A DNA stretch of 64,000 bases from Eledone cirrhosa (taxonomy: Eukaryota): contig OZ024742.1 in assembly GCA_964016885.1 (NCBI GenBank), forward strand, positions 24,056,001-24,120,000. Reading direction: 5' to 3'. Below, piece by piece: positions 59,815 to 64,000 of this stretch. Under the pieces are notes generated by a model. The model was not told where the DNA came from. It saw only the letters and a list, made by a program, of their open reading frames with translations, and ran no database searches. The position numbers and the translations under genes are program-made. Within the stretch, counting starts at the first letter, position 1. Each line of letters starts with the position of its first letter.

Positions 59815-61500
59815 GGTCACATTCATTGATATTATGTGAAAAAAAAGGCAATTGCAAGCAACTTGGAGGTCAGATTAGGTGATAAGCACACACACAGAGA
59901 AAAAAGAAAACAAAAAAAAACAGGAAAGAAATATTTTCACACTGAGATCAATAGCATGGTGTAATGTAGTATGATGTAGTTTGGTATTCTGTGGTTTTGC
60001 TTGGTGTAGTTTGTTATGGTATAGTTTGGTGTAGTTTGGTATGGTATGGTATGGTTTGATTTGGTAAAGTTATGACATGGAAATCAATCGTAAACGATAG
60101 GTTTTCATGACATATTCATTGATAATGTGTGAGAAAATAGTCAATTGCAAGCACCTTTGATGTCATATTGGGTGGTAACCACACAAAAAAAAGGATGTCA
60201 ATACCATGGTATGATGTAAATGATAGGAGTAGGTGTTCTCCAATAAATTTATAATGATATGATGTAGTATGGTATAGTTTGGGATAGTTTAATGTGGTGT
60301 GGTCTGCTTTATTATAATGTGTTTCCCTATAAAGTAAGGACTTTAATTATCACTTTGAATCAAGTCAGAAAAACATCTTTCCTCTGTTTTTTCCATGTGC
60401 TATTAACCAATCCAACTGCCAAGATGCTTGCAGTTGACTAAACAACAAATATGAATTGCACTCCAATCAAAAATGACTAGCTTTGTAAATGGTATTTCCA
60501 CCCACTTCCACCCTCTTTTTTCTACAAAGCTAGTCATTTTTGACAAGTTTCCATGTCATATTCATTGATAATATGTGCAAAAAATAGTCAATTGTGAGCA
60601 TCTTTGATGTCAAATTGGTTGGTAGGCACACAAAAAGAAAAACAAAAAAAAAAAACAGGAAGAAAATTTTTCACACTGAGATCAATAGCATGGTGTGATG
60701 TAGTAGTTTGGTATTCTGTGGTTTGGCTTGGTGTTGTTTGGTATGGTTTGCTGTAGTTTGGCTTGGTGTTGTTTGGTTTGGTGAAGTGACATAGAAACCA
60801 ATAGTAAATGATAGGTTTTCAAGACATATTCATTGATAATGTGTGAGAAAATAGTCAATTGCAAGCATCTTTTATGTCATATTGGGTGGTAACCACACAA
60901 AAAAATGATGTCAATACCATGGTATGATGTAAATGGTAGGAATAGGTGTTCTCCAATAAATTTATAATGATATGATGTAGTATGGTATAGTTTGGGGTAG
61001 TTTAATGTGGTGTGGTCTGCTTTATTATAATGTGTTTCCCTATAAAGTAAGGACTTTAATTATCACTTTGAATCAAGTCAGAAAAACATCTTTCCTCTGT
61101 TTTTTCCATGTGCTATTAACCAATCCAACTGCCAAGATGCTTGCAGTTGACTAAACAACAAATATGAATTGCACTCCAATCAAAAATGACTAGCTTTGAA
61201 AATGGTATTTCCACCCACTTCCACCCTCTTTTTTCTACAAAGCTAGTCATTTTCGACAAGTTTCCATATAATCATTGATATGTGCAAAAAATAGTCAATT
61301 GTGAGCACCTCTGATGTCAAATTGGGTGGTAAGCACCCCCCCCCCCCCAAACAAAAAAAACAACAACAGGAATAACATTTTTCACATTGAGATCAATAGC
61401 ATGGTGTGATGTAGTATGGTGGGGTTTGGTTTGGTGTAGTTTGGTATGGTGAGGTTTGGTTTGGTGAAGTTATGACATGGAAACCTATCGTAAATTTACC
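59815..61500. repeat. ~720-bp tandem repeat, about 2.3 copies, with internal subrepeats and a 21-bp inverted repeat
   Basis: gatcaatagcatggtgt recurs at 59946, 60680 and 61391 (periods 734 and 711). Confidence 0.9.
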
Positions 61501-61916
61501 AGGATATGGTATCATCTGGTTTGGTGTTGTGTAGGTTAGTGTGGTGTGTTGTGTGGTATAGCGTGATTCTCTCTAACTTAAAATCTTTAAAATATAATGC
61601 CTATCTTCTATAGCTGGATTAATGTTAGATTTCTGAATTAATGTTAGATTCTGGATTAATGTTAGATTTAGGGTTAGTGTTAAGGTAAGTTTTACAGTTA
61701 ATGGTAAGTTTACTGTTAGTGTTATTGTTAGCATTACTGTAACTATTATTCTTAGAGTTGCTGTTAGCGTTTGTGTTAGCGCCACTCTTTGCGTCAATGC
61801 ATTTGCATAAGCGTCTATGTAAGCTAGTGTTTATATAGAGTTTGTGTTTATATGTCTGTATACATATATGTATACATATATATATAGGTAAACATATATA
61901 TATATATATATAGGTA

Positions 61917-61992
<76 letters not shown>

Positions 61993-61993
61993 T

Positions 61994-62337
61994 GGAGGCA
62001 CAAGGCTTAGTGGTTAGAGCATTGGCCTTGCAATCGAAACGTTGTGAGTTCAATTTGCAGACTGGGTGATGTGTTGGTTCCTTGAACAAGACACTTTATT
62101 TCACATTGCTCCAGTTTACTCAGCTGTAGAAATGAGATGATAGGGACTGGGGTCCATATCATTCCACTGCAAAGTGGTCGTAGAGGTGCCACGGCAAAAA
62201 AGCACCCAGCACTCACTGTAAAATGAGGTTGGCGTTAGGAAGGGCATCCAGCTGTAGAAATCAAGCCAGCATCAGTTCACATCCCACCCTTGCAAGCAGG
62301 GAAAAAGCGGACGTAAAATGAAATGATGATGATGATG
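61994..62337 (+). mobile_element. tRNA-derived SINE
   Basis: A-box-like aGGCTTAGTGG, B-box-like GAGTTCAATT, central ccttgaacaagacactt, 3' aagggcatccagctgtagaaa...ggacgtaaaatg and a (ATG)n tail. Confidence 0.88.
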
Positions 62338-62339
62338 TG

Positions 62340-63373
62340 ATTTGCGTTAATGTTTGCATTAGCCTTAGCGTTTGCATCAGTGTCAGCATCTACGTCAGCA
62401 TCTGCTTTTGTGATAGCAATTGCATCAGTGTTTGCCTTAGCGTCAGTGTCTGCGTTAGCGTTTGCGTCAGTGTCTTCGTTAGTGTTTGTATCAGTGTCTG
62501 AGTTACCGTTTGTGTCAGTGTCTTCGTTAGTATTTGCGACAACATTTCCCTTTAGCGTCTGTGTCAGCGTTTGCATCAGCATATACGTCTGCCTCAGCAT
62601 TTGCACCAGCGTTAGCATTAGCTTTTGCGTTAGCATGTGCGTCAGCGTTTGCATTAGCTCAGCGGTGCCGTCAACCTTTCCGTTGGCGTCCGCGTCTGGG
62701 AAGCCTAAACAACATCAGCGTTTGCCTTTGCCTCAGCATTTGCGTCAGCGTAAACTTTGGCGGCATGCCCGCGTCAGCATTTGCCTTAAAATCAGTGTTT
62801 ACATCAGTGTCGGCGGTTATGTCTCTCTGTCTCAGCATTTGCGTTAGCGTTTGCATTAGCGTCCGCATCGGCATTGCGTTGGATATCGGCTTCGGTGTCG
62901 GGGTAAACGCTGGCGGTGCTATCAGCGTCTGCGTTAGCGTCTGCCTTAGCGTCTGCATAAGCTATTGCGATAGCATCAGCGTCAAAGTTTACGTCTGCGT
63001 TAAGGATCGTGTTAGTATCGCTGTCATCATCTGCGTTATCGTCTACGTCAGCATTTGTGTTTGTATCTGCATTTGCGCCAGCGTTAGCATTTGCATTAGC
63101 GTCTGTGTCAGCATTAGTATTTGTGTTTATGTCAGCATTAGGGTTCATGTTAGCGTTTGCGTTACCGTCTGCGTCAGTTTTAGAGTCTGCATCAGTGTTT
63201 GCATCAGAGTTAGCAATTGTGTTAGCATCCTCGTCAGCATTTGTGTTAGTGTCAGCGTTTGTGTTTGCGTTAGCATCTGTGTCAGCGTCTACGTCAGCAT
63301 TCGCGTTTGGGGCCTGCGTCAATATTCACATTAGCATTTGCGTCAGCATTTGTGTTAGCAATTGTGTCAGCGT
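62340..63373. repeat. Degenerate hexamer array (GCGTTA/GCATTT/GTGTCA)
   Basis: Six-base periodicity that gives stop-poor low-complexity frames. Similar sequence lies at 61620-61800 and 63725-64000. Confidence 0.85.
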
Positions 63374-63722
63374 TTCATTCATTCATTTCATTCATTGCAT
63401 TTTACGTCCGCTTTTCCCTGCTTGCAAGGGTGGGACGGGAACTGATTCTGGCTTGATTTCTACAGCTGGATGCCCTTCCTAACACCAACCTCATTTACAG
63501 TGAGTGCTGGGTGTTTTTTTGCCGTGGCACCTCCACGACCACTTTGCAGTGGAATGATAGGGACCCCAGTCCTTATCATCTCATTTATACAGCTGAGTAA
63601 ACTGGAGCAATGTGAAATAAAGTGTCTTGCTCAAGGAAACAACACATCACCCGGTCTGAGAATTGAACTCACAATCTTTCGATTGCAAGGCCAAAGCTCT
63701 AACCACTAAGTCATGTGCCTCC
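63374..63722 (-). mobile_element. tRNA-derived SINE, same family as 61994-62337, inverted
   Basis: The reverse complement reads ggaggcacatgacttagtggttagagc...gagttcaattctc...ccttgagcaagacactt...ggacgtaaaatg, then a (AATG)n tail. Confidence 0.88.
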
Positions 63723-64000
63723 ATGCGTTAGCATAATCGTTTGCGTCAGTGTAGGCATCTGCGTCAGTGTCAGCATTGAGGTCTCTGTTAGTGTTAGAGG
63801 GTTTTAGTGTTTGTCTTTGTGTCTATGTGTTTGTGTTATTGAGTGTTTGAGTTATTGAGTGTTTGTTTTAGTGAGTGTTTGTGTTAGTGTTCAGGTTATT
63901 ATGAGTGTTAGTGTTAAGGTCAGTGTTAGTGTTTCCATTAGTGTTTGATTTTGTGTTAGTGTTAGTATTTCCATTAGTGTTAGTGATTGTGTTAGTGTTA

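Noticed and set aside
61620-61800. Interstitial telomeric repeat
   Set aside because: There is only a single TTAGGG within a degenerate GTTA-type hexamer region.
61994-62070. tRNA gene
   Set aside because: The A/B boxes continue into a SINE body and tail, and no intact cloverleaf is present.
62277-63482. Ala/Ser/Val/Cys- or Asp/Asn/Ala-rich ORFs
   Set aside because: They are by-products of a degenerate hexamer array that is open in several frames on both strands.

Overview
This is a eukaryotic window made almost entirely of repeats, with no recognisable host gene. The SINE/LINE repertoire and huge (TA)n tracts resemble cephalopod (Octopus-like) DNA, which is an inference. Roughly half of the window is imperfect (TA)n microsatellite, and all the long Ile/Tyr ORFs are artefacts of it. 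The arrays contain a dense nest of Penelope-like retroelements (PLEs): one RT element with an unusually long insertion between RT motifs A and B' and a partial-tandem GIY-YIG end, two Hydra-type (YRDD, CxC) PLE families, and many inverted, fold-back or micro fragments. Read by eye, the PLE ends hold about 13 type I hammerhead ribozyme motifs in about 6 sequence families, most with palindromic stem III and several with very long (85-114 nt) stem II. Two near-identical hammerhead islands 2,731 bp apart bracket a pure TA array, a possible retrozyme-like unit. Two fold-back junctions fall within or at the edge of hammerheads. The window also has a full-length CR1/L2-group LINE (ORF1 with trihelix/Myb-like and CCCH domains), a full-length RTE LINE with three C2H2-type fingers and a nearby bipartite non-autonomous derivative, a 530-bp fold-back/MITE, tRNA-derived SINEs and a ~720-bp tandem repeat. 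All calls come from manual reading; no searches or folding programs were run.
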